From: Candidatus Brocadiia bacterium
Lineage (GTDB): Bacteria; Planctomycetota; Brocadiia; CAIUPP01
NCBI GenBank assembly: GCA_050015075.1
Contig: JBEKCB010000021.1
Location: 1-64,000 of the forward strand
Length of the DNA: 64,000 nt
Direction: 5' to 3'
Shown one piece after another: positions 38,508-48,676 of the stretch (position 1 is the first letter of the stretch; each line of letters starts with the position of its first letter). The notes below the pieces were generated by a model. That model saw only the letters and a list, made by a program, of their open reading frames with translations. It was not told the origin of the DNA and did not search any database. A program made the translations under genes and the position numbers.

Positions 38508-39416
38508 TTACGGGGAATTCGTCAGCCCGAGTGCGGCGGCGACCGTGTCATCGCGCACCAGTTCGCCCATGCCGCTCTCCGACACGTACACCTCGCGCTG
38601 GTACATGTCGCGGACGCCCGCCTCGCCTTGGGCCTTCCACACGTTGTACACGCGCTTCAAATGCTGTCCATAAATTTCACGCAGGCCGCTGATCTCATAT
38701 GCTTTGGAAATGTCCACGCATTTCCGCAGGTAATGCGCGAAGCCGCGCCACTGGTAGTGACAGATTCGCATCTCATCGGGCAGAAGCTGGACTTTGCGGC
38801 CTCCCCGAATATGTACGTTGTGGTTTCCCTGGTCAATCTTCAAGTAGCGGGCTGTCTCATGGAAGACTTTCCGGAATCCTCTGTCGGGCGCGCGTTCGCG
38901 CCACCGCATGCGCGCAGTCGGGTCCGCCTCGGCGGTGTTCTCAGCGCAGCACGGGCGCATGCGGAAGGACGGCACCCATAGTCCGGAATACCACCGGCGC
39001 CGGTACCTGTGGGCGACGGCATGGAAGTCTCCCGTCCAGAACTCGTCCGCATCGCTGTTGATGACCCAATCCGCTCCCCGATCGCGGGCCATGCGGATCA
39101 TTTGGTCAACCTCCTTGAATTGCATGTGAAACGGCGCCGGATCGTCAACGATGATCACCCGTTCGGACTCGAAGCCGGCCAGCATTTCGCGAGTGCCGTC
39201 GCTGCTGCCATTGTCCGTGACGATGAGGAAGTCAACCTTGGGCAGATGGTAGGTGAGGTGCTGCCGGATAATGTCGGCCTCATTCTTGCACAGGAGGGTC
39301 ATGGCGACCCGCGGCGGTTGCCGGCTCGTCCAGCCCGGAGCAGGCAGCCATTTCCTCAGCTCATATACGGCCGGTCGCAGCAGATCCTTGAGGGCGGTCT
39401 TGAAATTACCCGCCAT
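38508..39416 (-). CDS. Glycosyltransferase family 2-like
   Basis: KNEAD, DNGSSDGT, WVINSDADEFW. Confidence 0.85.
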   Translation of the reverse strand: MAGNFKTALKDLLRPAVYELRKWLPAPGWTSRQPPRVAMTLLCKNEADIIRQHLTYHLPKVDFLIVTDNGSSDGTREMLAGFESERVIIVDDPAPFHMQFKEVDQMIRMARDRGADWVINSDADEFWTGDFHAVAHRYRRRWYSGLWVPSFRMRPCCAENTAEADPTARMRWRERAPDRGFRKVFHETARYLKIDQGNHNVHIRGGRKVQLLPDEMRICHYQWRGFAHYLRKCVDISKAYEISGLREIYGQHLKRVYNVWKAQGEAGVRDMYQREVYVSESGMGELVRDDTVAAALGLTNSP

Positions 39417-39503
39417 GTCGTTGACTCCATGATTTTCGGCCGGCTGCGCGGCGGCCGCCGAGAGGTCCGCGGCAGTTGCTTTTCCGCCCGCCTCCGGACG
39501 CGC

Positions 39504-40652
39504 TCACTGGAGCACGTCGCGAAGAGCGTCCACCACGTCGCGCGCGTCCGCTTCGGTCACGCGCGGCGAGAGCGGCACGCTGAACGTGCGCTCGGACAGG
39601 TACTCCGCGTTCGGGAACTGCCCCGCGCGGTAGCCGTACTGCCGCTGGTAGAACGGGTGCAGGTGCAGCGCGATGTAGTGGACTCCCGTGCCGATGCACC
39701 GCTTCTTGAGCTCCTCGCGCAGCGCGTCGCGCGTCAGCGAGGTGCGCTCCGTGTCCACCAGGAGCGAATACAGATGCCGCGCGTGACGGCAGCCGGAGGC
39801 GACCGGCGAGGGGCGGATCAGCGGCAGGCCGGCCAGCGCCTCGTCGTAGAACCGCCAGAGGCGCTCGCGGGATTCCAGATATCGTTCCACCTTCTCGAGC
39901 TGCTTCAGGCCGAGCGCAGCCTGGATGTCCGTCATGTTGTACTTGTAGCCGGCCTCGACCACTTGCACGAGCGCCGGCCCGTCCGCCTGGAACCGCTTCC
40001 ACGCGTCGGCCGAGGTCCCGTTGAGCGAGAGCGTGCGCAGCCGCTCGGCCCGCGCGGCGTCGGCGGTGACTGCCATGCCGCCCTCGGCGGTGGTGACGTT
40101 CTTCGTGGCGTAGAAGCTGAACGCGCCGCAGTCGCCGATCGAGCCGGCGCGCCGCCCTTTCCAGGTGGCCTCCAGCGCGTGGGCCGCGTCCTCGATCACC
40201 TTCAGCCCGCGCCGCTGGGCGATCTCCATAATCGCGTCCATGTCGCAGGCGCGCCCGCCCAGATGCACCGGCAGAATCGCCCGCGTGCGCTTCGTGACGG
40301 CCTGTTCGATCAACGCCGGGTCCAGGTTGCCCGTCGTCCGGCCCACGTCCACGAACACCGGCCGCGCGCCGCGATGCACGATGACGTTCGCGGTGGCGCA
40401 CCAGGTGTACGGCGTGGTGATCACCTCGTCGCCCGGGCCGACGTCGAGCACGTGCAGCGCCAGGTGCAGCGCCGAGGTGCACGAGTTCACCGCCACGGCG
40501 TGGCGGACGCCGACGTACTCCTCGAAGCGCCGCTCGAACTGCTTCACGCGCGGCCCGGACCCGATCCAGCCGCTGCGAAGGGTCGCAACGACCTCCGCAA
40601 TCTCGTCTTCCGAGATCAGCGGCGCGCCGAAAACCAGGAAGTCCTTTCGCAT
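39504..40652 (-). CDS. DegT/DnrJ/EryC1/StrS sugar aminotransferase
   Basis: NSCTSALH, EDAAHA, FSFYATKNVTTAEGG, GYKYNM. Confidence 0.93.
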   Translation of the reverse strand: MRKDFLVFGAPLISEDEIAEVVATLRSGWIGSGPRVKQFERRFEEYVGVRHAVAVNSCTSALHLALHVLDVGPGDEVITTPYTWCATANVIVHRGARPVFVDVGRTTGNLDPALIEQAVTKRTRAILPVHLGGRACDMDAIMEIAQRRGLKVIEDAAHALEATWKGRRAGSIGDCGAFSFYATKNVTTAEGGMAVTADAARAERLRTLSLNGTSADAWKRFQADGPALVQVVEAGYKYNMTDIQAALGLKQLEKVERYLESRERLWRFYDEALAGLPLIRPSPVASGCRHARHLYSLLVDTERTSLTRDALREELKKRCIGTGVHYIALHLHPFYQRQYGYRAGQFPNAEYLSERTFSVPLSPRVTEADARDVVDALRDVLQ

Positions 40653-40792
40653 GATGCCGCCGTCTCTCGAGAACGCGCGACCGAAAAACTCCGGCGCTCG
40701 ATCAGCCGGATTCTAGCAGACTCTTCGCTGCGCGGCAATTGCAGCGGCCGCGGCGCGTTGATCGGCCCCGACCGGCCCACGCCGCGCGGATT

Positions 40793-41620
40793 CTAAGGCT
40801 TCGCGCGGTCGCGCTCCCGCTCTCGGGCGATCTGGGCGCGGGCGGACTCGAACGCGCTTTGGACGAAGTCGCTGGTGCTGTCCCAGGTGCGGTCGGCGAA
40901 GCTGCGTTTGCGCACCGAGTTGAGGAAGCCCTCGAACTCGCGGAAGTACGAGCCGTAGATATGGAAGCTGTCCGCGATGTGCGCGTAGGCGCCGGGCCTC
41001 AGCGTGCGGTGCGCGCGGCGGCTCACGGCCTCGGCCACGAACTGCTGCAGCGCCGTGAACGCCCACATGTTCATGAACGCGGCCTTGTACGCGTCGTTCG
41101 ACCGCATGTGCACGTTCATCCGCAGCTCGTCGCCGTGGATGCGGAACCACATCCGCTGCAGGCAGGCCGGATCGTCCACGGCCGGATCCACGTCCGGCTT
41201 CCAGGTGATCGCTTGCGCCCGGCGGGAGTGCGGCGCGGAGGCGAGCTTCTCGATCAGGTAGTCGAACTGGTTGATGGCGCGTTTCTGGCCGTCCGGGCCG
41301 AACAGGTCGTACGCGAACAGCCGCTGATGATACGTGTACGACCACTTCCCTTCTTCCGGATTCACCCAGTGGTCGTGGATGCCCTCCACCACTTCCTGCC
41401 GGTAAATCTCCAGGTCCTCGAGCGAACCGGGAAACGCCTTGTGAATGCGCGGCTCCTGGAAGGGCTTGCGCACCACGATCATGGCGGTGCAATCGCGGCT
41501 CTCCGGGTCGGCGGGCTTGTCGTACTCCGTCCGGATGCGATCTCCTTCCTCCCAGCACCGAAGCACGGCCTGCTCCCAAGCCTCGGGAAGCGTGTCGCAG
41601 ATGACGGTGAGATAACTCAT
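40793..41620 (-). CDS. thyA: Thymidylate synthase (archaeal-like ThyA)
   Basis: YTYHQR, SRRAQ, PACLQ, MRSND, AFMN, DSFHIY; start re-assigned to ATG 41620. Confidence 0.82.
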   Translation of the reverse strand: MSYLTVICDTLPEAWEQAVLRCWEEGDRIRTEYDKPADPESRDCTAMIVVRKPFQEPRIHKAFPGSLEDLEIYRQEVVEGIHDHWVNPEEGKWSYTYHQRLFAYDLFGPDGQKRAINQFDYLIEKLASAPHSRRAQAITWKPDVDPAVDDPACLQRMWFRIHGDELRMNVHMRSNDAYKAAFMNMWAFTALQQFVAEAVSRRAHRTLRPGAYAHIADSFHIYGSYFREFEGFLNSVRKRSFADRTWDSTSDFVQSAFESARAQIARERERDRAKP

Positions 41621-41638
41621 ATCCAGCTCCCTTTTTCC

Positions 41639-41732
41639 TCGTAATCGTAATCTTACTCGCAATCGTAATCGCCGTTTCCACGACAGCCGGACGAGCGGCG
41701 ATTACGATTAGGATTACGAGCACGATTACGAG
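41639..41732. repeat. Inverted hexamer-repeat element (CGTAAT ... ATTACG)
   Basis: CGTAATCGTAATCTTACTCGCAATCGTAATCG ... CGATTACGATTAGGATTACGAGCACGATTACGAG between dacB and thyA. Confidence 0.85.
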
Positions 41733-41753
41733 TTCACATAAGGCCCTGTTTCG

Positions 41754-43265
41754 CTACTTGGACTTCTCGTGTTTTTCCGGAATTCCGACCAGCGCATAGC
41801 AAACCGCGTCCTCCAGCCCCGTCGCCGCGCCGACGGCGCCGGACCGGAATCCGTTGACGAGGACGGAAAAGGCGTAGATTTCACCGTCGGCCGCCTCGGC
41901 GTACCCGCTGAGCGCACTGGCGCCGTTGGCCTTGATGGTGCCGGTCTTGGCGTGGATGCGCCCGCGCATCGCCGGGTCGGTCATGCGGTTCCGCAGCGTG
42001 GTCTCCGGCTGGCCGTTCGTCGCCAGCGAGCCGTAAAACGCCTCCTGGATCTTGCTGCGGTAGATCACCTCCAGCCACGCTGCGACCGCCTGCGGCGTGG
42101 CACGGTCCTCGGGCGACAGGCCGCAGCCGTCCACCAGCGTCACCGCCACGTCGGGCAGTTGCGCCGCGCGCGTGAACTCGCGCACGGCCGCCGAGCCGGA
42201 CTCGAAGCTGCCCTTCCCGAAGCGCGCCGCCCCCAGCGTCTTCAGAATCTGCTCGGCGCAGAAGTTGTGGCTCCGTTGGTTCGCGGCGGTGATCGAGTCG
42301 AGCAGCCTGGATTTCCACGCGAAGATCTCTTGCGCGCCCGGCTGCGGCTTTTCAAAGTCGCCCGCCAGGCGGGGTCGGCCATCGAGGCGAATGCCGGCCT
42401 TCGCCATCTCCGACTGGAGCGCCACGGCCAGAAAGAGCGCCGGGTCCTCGACGGCGATGGTCTCCGACCGGCTGACACCGATCGGCAGGCGGCCCGAGAC
42501 CACGATCGCGCCGTCGTCGCCCCGCTCGAACGTCACGTCGGCGGGCCGGTCCTTCGCGCCGGTGGAGCAATGGTTCACGAAGCGCATCGCGGGAAATGGC
42601 GGGACCGTGCTGATCGTCGCCGCCGCGTCCGGTGCGGAGCCGCCGGTGACCTTGACCTCGACGCAATTGTCGTTGAACGAGAGCGCGCTGATCGGCGCGG
42701 CGTACCACCAGAGCCACTCCGCCTTCGGCCAGCCGGGCGCGCGATAGACGCGGTCGAACAACCGGTCGTCCATGACCAGGTCGCCGGTGATCTGCCGGAT
42801 GCCCGCCGCCTGGATGCCCTTGACGAACTCGCGCGGGACGGTCATCGCGCTGGGATGGACGCGGCTGGAAAAACTCGGGTCGCCGCTGCCGACGACGACC
42901 AGGTCGCCCTGGAGCACGCCGTCCTGGACCGTGCCGTTGGCGATCAGCGTCGTGCGGAACTCGTAATCCGCGCCCAGTTTCAGGAGCGCGACCGAGGTGG
43001 TGAAGATCTTCGTGTTCGAGGCCAGCTCGAACAGCTCGTTGCCGTGGAAGGAGAAGACTTCTCTGCCGTCGGAGATCCGCCGCGCCACGATGCCGACTTT
43101 CGCGCCGCGCAGGGGATGGCGGTCCACCACCGTCTGCAGCGCGGCGGTGACGGCTAACGGCTGGTCCTGCGCAAAAATGCGCGCCGCCCCGAACGCGAGG
43201 CACGCGCAGAGGAGCCATCTGGGGAACACGGGCGATCTCATGGAATAATTGGGTGGTCGGGCCAT
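41754..43265 (-). CDS. dacB: D-Ala-D-Ala carboxypeptidase/endopeptidase (PBP4, peptidase S13)
   Basis: ASNTK (SxxK), GSGDP, SHN (SxN), DGCGLS, KTGT. Confidence 0.92.
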   Translation of the reverse strand: MARPPNYSMRSPVFPRWLLCACLAFGAARIFAQDQPLAVTAALQTVVDRHPLRGAKVGIVARRISDGREVFSFHGNELFELASNTKIFTTSVALLKLGADYEFRTTLIANGTVQDGVLQGDLVVVGSGDPSFSSRVHPSAMTVPREFVKGIQAAGIRQITGDLVMDDRLFDRVYRAPGWPKAEWLWWYAAPISALSFNDNCVEVKVTGGSAPDAAATISTVPPFPAMRFVNHCSTGAKDRPADVTFERGDDGAIVVSGRLPIGVSRSETIAVEDPALFLAVALQSEMAKAGIRLDGRPRLAGDFEKPQPGAQEIFAWKSRLLDSITAANQRSHNFCAEQILKTLGAARFGKGSFESGSAAVREFTRAAQLPDVAVTLVDGCGLSPEDRATPQAVAAWLEVIYRSKIQEAFYGSLATNGQPETTLRNRMTDPAMRGRIHAKTGTIKANGASALSGYAEAADGEIYAFSVLVNGFRSGAVGAATGLEDAVCYALVGIPEKHEKSK

Positions 43266-43598
43266 TCAGGGAGAGACGACGCCGATAACAAGTCCCTCGC
43301 GCCGGGCGATATCGAGAATGGGCCGACCGCCTTCGGTCTCCCATTCGCGTTCTCCGCAGGGAATCGGTTCGATGCGCGTGTCGGCCAGCGCTCGCGCGAT
43401 CCAGAGCCTTTCGATCAGCCGGCGATTTCGCGGGCCGTCGAACTCGCGGGCAATCACGACCACGTCAATATCGCTGGTCTCCTTCGCCTCGCCGCGCGCG
43501 AAGGAGCCGAAGAGGACGGCCCGGCTCGCATGAATTCCTTCCTCGGGAAGGACACGCAAGTAGTGCCGTATGGCCTCTACAACAGGGACATCAACCAT
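43266..43598 (-). CDS. Minimal nucleotidyltransferase (MNT)
   Basis: LFGSFARG...SDIDV. Confidence 0.88.
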   Translation of the reverse strand: MVDVPVVEAIRHYLRVLPEEGIHASRAVLFGSFARGEAKETSDIDVVVIAREFDGPRNRRLIERLWIARALADTRIEPIPCGEREWETEGGRPILDIARREGLVIGVVSP

Positions 43599-43954
43599 TG
43601 AAGGCCCCTTTCAGCCTTGGCGAGTTCCGCTTGAGCCTCAGTCCTGTCCATGAGCGCCGATACCATGTCGGGGTACCGGCCTTCAAGCTGGTGCGCGTCG
43701 AAGGCCAGCAGGAAGTCGCGTTGCCAGAGTTCAAGCGGCAATGCGGCTTTCTCGGCCAATCGGGTCAAGTTGTGAATTTTCGGAGGGACCTCGCACGTCT
43801 TCCTCGTCACATGGGCCTTCAGGGCCTTCTCAATGGCCAAATGCGCAAAGAAAAGCGCGTGCCGGAAATGACCCTTTTCAAGCAAGGTCTTCGCAGCCTC
43901 CAGGTCTTCCTGGCTGCTTTTCTTCCAATAGTCAATCTGCTTCTGGACGTCCAC
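43577..43954 (-). CDS. HEPN-domain protein
   Basis: HLAIEKALKA, PKIHNL, GRYP. Confidence 0.88.
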   Translation of the reverse strand: MDVQKQIDYWKKSSQEDLEAAKTLLEKGHFRHALFFAHLAIEKALKAHVTRKTCEVPPKIHNLTRLAEKAALPLELWQRDFLLAFDAHQLEGRYPDMVSALMDRTEAQAELAKAERGLQWLMSLL

Positions 43955-44111
43955 GGGTCATCTCGTCCCAAGCGACGATGGTCGTTGCACTCCAGTTTGT
44001 TTATCACGCCCGCCGGCCGCTGTCAAGACTCAGGCAATCCCGCTCGTTGCAACTCCGGCGGCGATGTGATAGGTTTGATTCGCACTGCGCATTTTCGTCG
44101 GAGCGCCAGCT

Positions 44112-45164
44112 TTGCCGCTGCGATACCCGGCCGAACGAATCCTCATCCGCTGCCCGAACTGGATCGGCGACATGATCGCCGCGACGGCGGCGCTGCGCTG
44201 CATGCGCGCGAATTACCCCAGGGCGCATATCGCACTGCTGCTGAAGGCGTATGTCCGGCCGGTGATCGCCCACGCGCCGTGGGCGGACGAGGTCGTCGAG
44301 GTGGACCCGCGCGGCGGACCGTCCGGGCTCTTCGCGACGGTCAGCCGGCTTCGCCGTGCGCCTCCTTATGACCTGGCGCTGCTCCTGACGCAGTCGTTCA
44401 ACTCGGCGCTGATGGTCCGACTCGCGGGAGCGAAGCGCCGGGTCGGTCATGCGCGCGATGGGCGGAGCCTGCTGCTCACCGATGCAGTGCCCTGGCCCGG
44501 GCGCGGAGAGAATCCGCGGCTGGTCCCCAAAGTGCAGGTCTACTCGAGCCTGCTCGAGCACCTCGGCTGCGAAGGCGCGGGCGACCAGCGGCCAGAGGTG
44601 TTCACCGCGCCGGAGGACGAGGCGCAGGCGGAAAAACTCCTGGCGGAGCGCGGGCGCGACGCGGGCCGGCCGCTGCTGGCGATCGTGCCGGGCGCGGCGT
44701 ACGGCGCCTCGAAGCTCTGGCCCCCGGCGCGTTTCGCGACCGTGGCCGACGCGCTCGCCGCGAGCCGCGGACTCCAGGCCGTCCTGCTCACCGGGCCCGG
44801 CGAGGAGCGGATCGGGGCCGAGATCGCCCAGGCGATGAAGGGCCGGCCGATCACGTTCCGCGAGGGCGAAGTCTCCTTCGGCGCGCTCAAAGCCATCGTG
44901 CGCCGCAGCGCCCTGATGATCTGCAACGACACCGGGCCGCGGCACCTGGCCATCGCGTACAATATCCCGGTCGTCGTCCTCATGGGCCCGACGAGCCCGG
45001 TCGTGACGCACAGCGATTATCCGCGGACCGTGATCCTGCGCCAGGACGTGCCGTGCGCGCCGTGCTACCTTCGGCGCTGCCCGACCGACCACCGCTGCAT
45101 GACGCTCATCACGCCGGAGATGGTGATCAGCGCGGCAGAAACGCTGCTTGACCATCGAACCTGA
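44112..45164 (+). CDS. waaF: LPS heptosyltransferase II (GT9)
   Basis: PNWIGD, PGAAYGASKLWP, NDTGPRHLA, CAPC...CP...CM. Confidence 0.88.
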   Translation: MPLRYPAERILIRCPNWIGDMIAATAALRCMRANYPRAHIALLLKAYVRPVIAHAPWADEVVEVDPRGGPSGLFATVSRLRRAPPYDLALLLTQSFNSALMVRLAGAKRRVGHARDGRSLLLTDAVPWPGRGENPRLVPKVQVYSSLLEHLGCEGAGDQRPEVFTAPEDEAQAEKLLAERGRDAGRPLLAIVPGAAYGASKLWPPARFATVADALAASRGLQAVLLTGPGEERIGAEIAQAMKGRPITFREGEVSFGALKAIVRRSALMICNDTGPRHLAIAYNIPVVVLMGPTSPVVTHSDYPRTVILRQDVPCAPCYLRRCPTDHRCMTLITPEMVISAAETLLDHRT

Positions 45165-45168
45165 TAAT

Positions 45169-45253
45169 ATGTGTTAATATCTGATAAATTAACACTTGCT
45201 CTTGACTTTCAGTCCGAATGTGCTAAAATGTGTTAATATCTGAAATATTAACA
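45169..45253 (+). promoter_or_regulatory. fic promoter flanked by two palindromic operators
   Basis: ATGTGTTAATATCTGA occurs twice, each as TGTTAAT-N-ATTAACA, around TTGACT...TGCTAAAAT. Confidence 0.7.
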
Positions 45254-45270
45254 GTTGAACGGAGGGCAAC

Positions 45271-46608
45271 GTGAAACCCATAGACACTGGACCAACCGCG
45301 GAAATTCCCCAACGGATGCCATTTCTTCTATCGAATCAGGAGCTACAACCCCTTGTAGACAAAAGCAATGCGGAATATCTTGCTTGGGATAAGTTTAGAC
45401 GACACCCGATGCCACAAGGGGTCACTGCTGAGGAAGCGTGGTACTTTGTCAAGTTCGCCAGAAGTATGAACAGAAAGTATTTGCCGATAAAGGATACGCT
45501 AGGACGAACATTTCACTATTGGTTACCCGGCTCTTTCCAAGCCCAGTTACATCGAATTGACATGCACGCGGGCATGAGCATGGCCGCAACGCCGGAATCG
45601 GAAATGCTGCGCGCGAACCGCGAAAGGTACTTGGTTAGCTCGCTTATGGAGGAGGCCATCGCCTCGAGCCAACTGGAGGGCGCCTCCACGACTCGCCGCG
45701 TCGCGAAGGAGATGCTGCGAACTCAGCGGGCGCCTCGAAATCTGAACGAACGGATGATCCTGAATAATTACCGAACCGTTTTGCGGATTAGAGATTTGGT
45801 TAACGAGAGGATGTCCATCGAGCTTCTTTGCGAGCTTCAGAAAGAGATAACGGACCAAACACTCAAGGATGCATCCGCCAGCGGACGGCTCCGCATCCCG
45901 GCGGAGGACGACATCGCCGTGGTTACTTCCGAAGGCGAAGTAGTCCATCAGCCGCCTCCAGCGGCGATGTTGCCTGGGCGTTTGAAAGTCTTCTGCGATT
46001 TCGCAAACGAAGAGCCGGATGATACGGGTCTAACATTTCGTCATCCGATTGTCACCGCGATCGTTCTGCATTTTTGGCTCGGTTATGAGCATGCGTTCGT
46101 GGACGGCAACGGGCGAACCGCGCGGGCGGTGTTCCTATGGTACGTGTTGAAGCACGGATACTGGCTTATGGAATTCTTGCCGATTTCCACGATTATCAGG
46201 AAATCGCCTTCGCAATATGGGCGCGCCTTCATCCTTGCCGAGCAGGACGAGAACGACATTTCCTATTTCCTCCAATACAATCTTCGAGCAATCAACCTGG
46301 CGCTGGACAACTTTCTTGCTTACGTGCGCGAGAAACAGCAGGAACTGAATGTAGTGCAGGCGGTGGCCGCGTTTTCGAGTGACATGAATATACGCCAACG
46401 GTCGCTGATCGCCCACGCGCTCAAGAATCCGGGCTTCTCATACACGGTCCGGTCGCATATGACGTCGCAGGGCATTTCGATAGTGACGGCCAGGAACGAT
46501 CTTGTCGGATTGGCGCGACGGGGCCTGCTCGAAGAACGCCGCGAAGGGAAGAAGACGGTCTGGATTTCTCCGCCGGACCTGGCGACTCGACTGAAGCGGC
46601 CGACCTGA
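45271..46608 (+). CDS. Fic-family protein with C-terminal winged HTH
   Basis: HAFVDGNGRTAR Fic motif, SSQLEG inhibitory-type motif, TARNDLVGL..GLL wHTH; lower GC. Confidence 0.9.
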   Translation: MKPIDTGPTAEIPQRMPFLLSNQELQPLVDKSNAEYLAWDKFRRHPMPQGVTAEEAWYFVKFARSMNRKYLPIKDTLGRTFHYWLPGSFQAQLHRIDMHAGMSMAATPESEMLRANRERYLVSSLMEEAIASSQLEGASTTRRVAKEMLRTQRAPRNLNERMILNNYRTVLRIRDLVNERMSIELLCELQKEITDQTLKDASASGRLRIPAEDDIAVVTSEGEVVHQPPPAAMLPGRLKVFCDFANEEPDDTGLTFRHPIVTAIVLHFWLGYEHAFVDGNGRTARAVFLWYVLKHGYWLMEFLPISTIIRKSPSQYGRAFILAEQDENDISYFLQYNLRAINLALDNFLAYVREKQQELNVVQAVAAFSSDMNIRQRSLIAHALKNPGFSYTVRSHMTSQGISIVTARNDLVGLARRGLLEERREGKKTVWISPPDLATRLKRPT

Positions 46609-46723
46609 ACGGCCGACTGCCGCGCTATTGCGGTTGCCCTGCGTCAAGAGCCTTGATAGAATCGCCGCTCGTCGGTTGTCCTCAACCGGACTTCCCGACC
46701 CCTCAACGGGAGAACAGCGCCGA

Positions 46724-47572
46724 ATGCATGCCTTCTGGATCGTGACGCTCTTCATCTTCGGCAGCATCGTGGGAAGCTTTCTCAACGTCTGCATCTACCG
46801 GCTGCCTCGGGACCGCTCGCCGGTGTGGCCGACGCGGTCGTATTGCCCGCACTGCCACGAGGTCATCGCCTGGTACGATAACATCCCGCTGGTAAGCTGG
46901 TTCGTGCTCTCGGCGCAATGCCGGCACTGCGGCTCGTACATCTCGGCGCGCTACATCATCGTCGAGTTCCTCACCGCGTGCCTGTTCGCGCTCACGTACG
47001 CCGTGCTGAGTTCGCGCGGCGAGTCGGCGGGCGTCATCATCGTCTATCTCGCCCTGATGGGGATGTTCGTCCTGAGCTCTTTCGTGGACGCGGAGCTGCG
47101 GATCATCCCGGATTCCGTCACGATCGGCGCGATGATGCTGGCGCCGATCTGCAGCGTGCTGGTTCCGGACCTGCACCGCAATCCGCTGATGGCGCAGATG
47201 GGGCGGACGTTCCTGTTCAGCCAGGACAGCGTGCTCGGCTCGCTGTGCGCCTGCCTGGTCGGGATGGCGGTCGGCGCGGCGGCCACGTGGCTGGCCGGCG
47301 CTTTCGGCAAGCTCCTGTTTCGCCGCGAGGCGATGGGCATCGGCGACGTGAAGTTCATGGCCGCCCTCGGCGGCTTCCTGGGATGGCAGCCGCTCCTGCT
47401 GACGTTCTTCATGGCGCCGCTGTTCGGCTCGGTGGTGGGCCTGATCTACATGGCGCGGACGAAGGACCACCATATTCCGTACGGCCCGTTCCTCTCGACC
47501 GCCGCCGTGGTGACGATGCTCTGGGGCGACCGGATCTTCGCGCTCCTCGGCTTCTCGCGGTGGATGGTGTGA
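46724..47572 (+). CDS. pilD: Prepilin peptidase
   Basis: GSFLNVCIYRLP, CPHC...CRHC, DNIP, MGIGDVK, IPYGPFL. Confidence 0.94.
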   Translation: MHAFWIVTLFIFGSIVGSFLNVCIYRLPRDRSPVWPTRSYCPHCHEVIAWYDNIPLVSWFVLSAQCRHCGSYISARYIIVEFLTACLFALTYAVLSSRGESAGVIIVYLALMGMFVLSSFVDAELRIIPDSVTIGAMMLAPICSVLVPDLHRNPLMAQMGRTFLFSQDSVLGSLCACLVGMAVGAAATWLAGAFGKLLFRREAMGIGDVKFMAALGGFLGWQPLLLTFFMAPLFGSVVGLIYMARTKDHHIPYGPFLSTAAVVTMLWGDRIFALLGFSRWMV

Positions 47573-47580
47573 AGCGCGGC

Positions 47581-48501
47581 ATGAAGCCTGCACGCATCGC
47601 CGTCATCGGCAGCGCGAATATGGACCTGGTCATCCGGGCGCACCATGTGCCGGCGCCGGGCGAGAACGTTTTCGGCGACGACCTCCGCATGATCCCCGGC
47701 GGCAAGGGCGCGAACCAGGCGGTGGCCGTGGCGCGGCTCGGCGGGCGAGCGCGGTTCATCGGCCGGGTCGGGCGCGATTCCTTCGGCGAGATGCTGCTCG
47801 CGAGCCTCCGCGCCGGCGGCGTGGAGACCGGCGGCCTGGCGGCCCTTGCCGATGCGCCGACGGGCGTCGCGCTGATCGTGATTGACCGCTTGGGGCAGAA
47901 CAGCATCGTCGTCGCGCCCGGCGCAAACCGCCGCCTGATGCCGGCGGACATCCAGGCGCTCCGGCCGGCGCTCGAGAAGCTCGACGCGATCCTGATGCAA
48001 CTCGAGATCCCCATCGAGACTGTCGTCCACACCATCCGTCTGGCGCGGGAGATCAATGTGCCGGTCATCCTCGACGCCGGCCCGGCGCGCGGTCAGCCGC
48101 CGGATGAGCTCTTCCGCGTCGCCATCCTCTCGCCGAACGAGGCCGAAGCCGGCGCGCTGCTCGGGTGCGCCATCCGCGATTTGAAGGACGCCGAGGAGGC
48201 CGGCCGCGAGATGCTGCGCCGAGGCGCGGGCGCAGTGGTGCTCAAGCTCGGCTCGCAGGGCGCGCTGCTCGTGACCGAGGACGAGTGCCTGCACGTCCCC
48301 GCCCACCCGGTCAAAGTTGTGGATACCACCGCCGCCGGCGATGCGTTCACCGCCGCCCTCGCCGTCTATCGGGCCGAAGGGCTGGCGCTGCCGGAGGCCG
48401 TCCGCATGGCGAATAAGGCCGGCGCGCTGGCGACAACGAAACTCGGCGCGCAGCCTTCGATGCCGACGAGGGCCGAGCTGGATGCGATGGGCGAGTCCTG
48501 A
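47581..48501 (+). CDS. rbsK: Ribokinase
   Basis: GSANMD, GGKGANQA, PNEAE, DTTAAGDAF. Confidence 0.92.
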   Translation: MKPARIAVIGSANMDLVIRAHHVPAPGENVFGDDLRMIPGGKGANQAVAVARLGGRARFIGRVGRDSFGEMLLASLRAGGVETGGLAALADAPTGVALIVIDRLGQNSIVVAPGANRRLMPADIQALRPALEKLDAILMQLEIPIETVVHTIRLAREINVPVILDAGPARGQPPDELFRVAILSPNEAEAGALLGCAIRDLKDAEEAGREMLRRGAGAVVLKLGSQGALLVTEDECLHVPAHPVKVVDTTAAGDAFTAALAVYRAEGLALPEAVRMANKAGALATTKLGAQPSMPTRAELDAMGES

Positions 48502-48552
48502 TTTCCCAATCTCCCAATTTCCTAATCTCTCGGAAATTAGGAGATTAGGAAA
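48501..48552. repeat. Inverted octamer-repeat element (CCCAATCT/CCTAATCT ... GGAAATTA/GGAGATTA)
   Basis: Immediately after the rbsK stop; same family as 8809-8888 with arms in the opposite order. Confidence 0.8.
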
Positions 48553-48676
48553 CTGCGCGCTGCACTCAACACACTGTGACACAGCACGTTAGAACATCTT
48601 CTGCGCCACCGGCAACCTGCCCTCATCTCCTGTCAGACCTTCGAGCTATACTTTCATCGAAGGGAGGTGATGGAGC

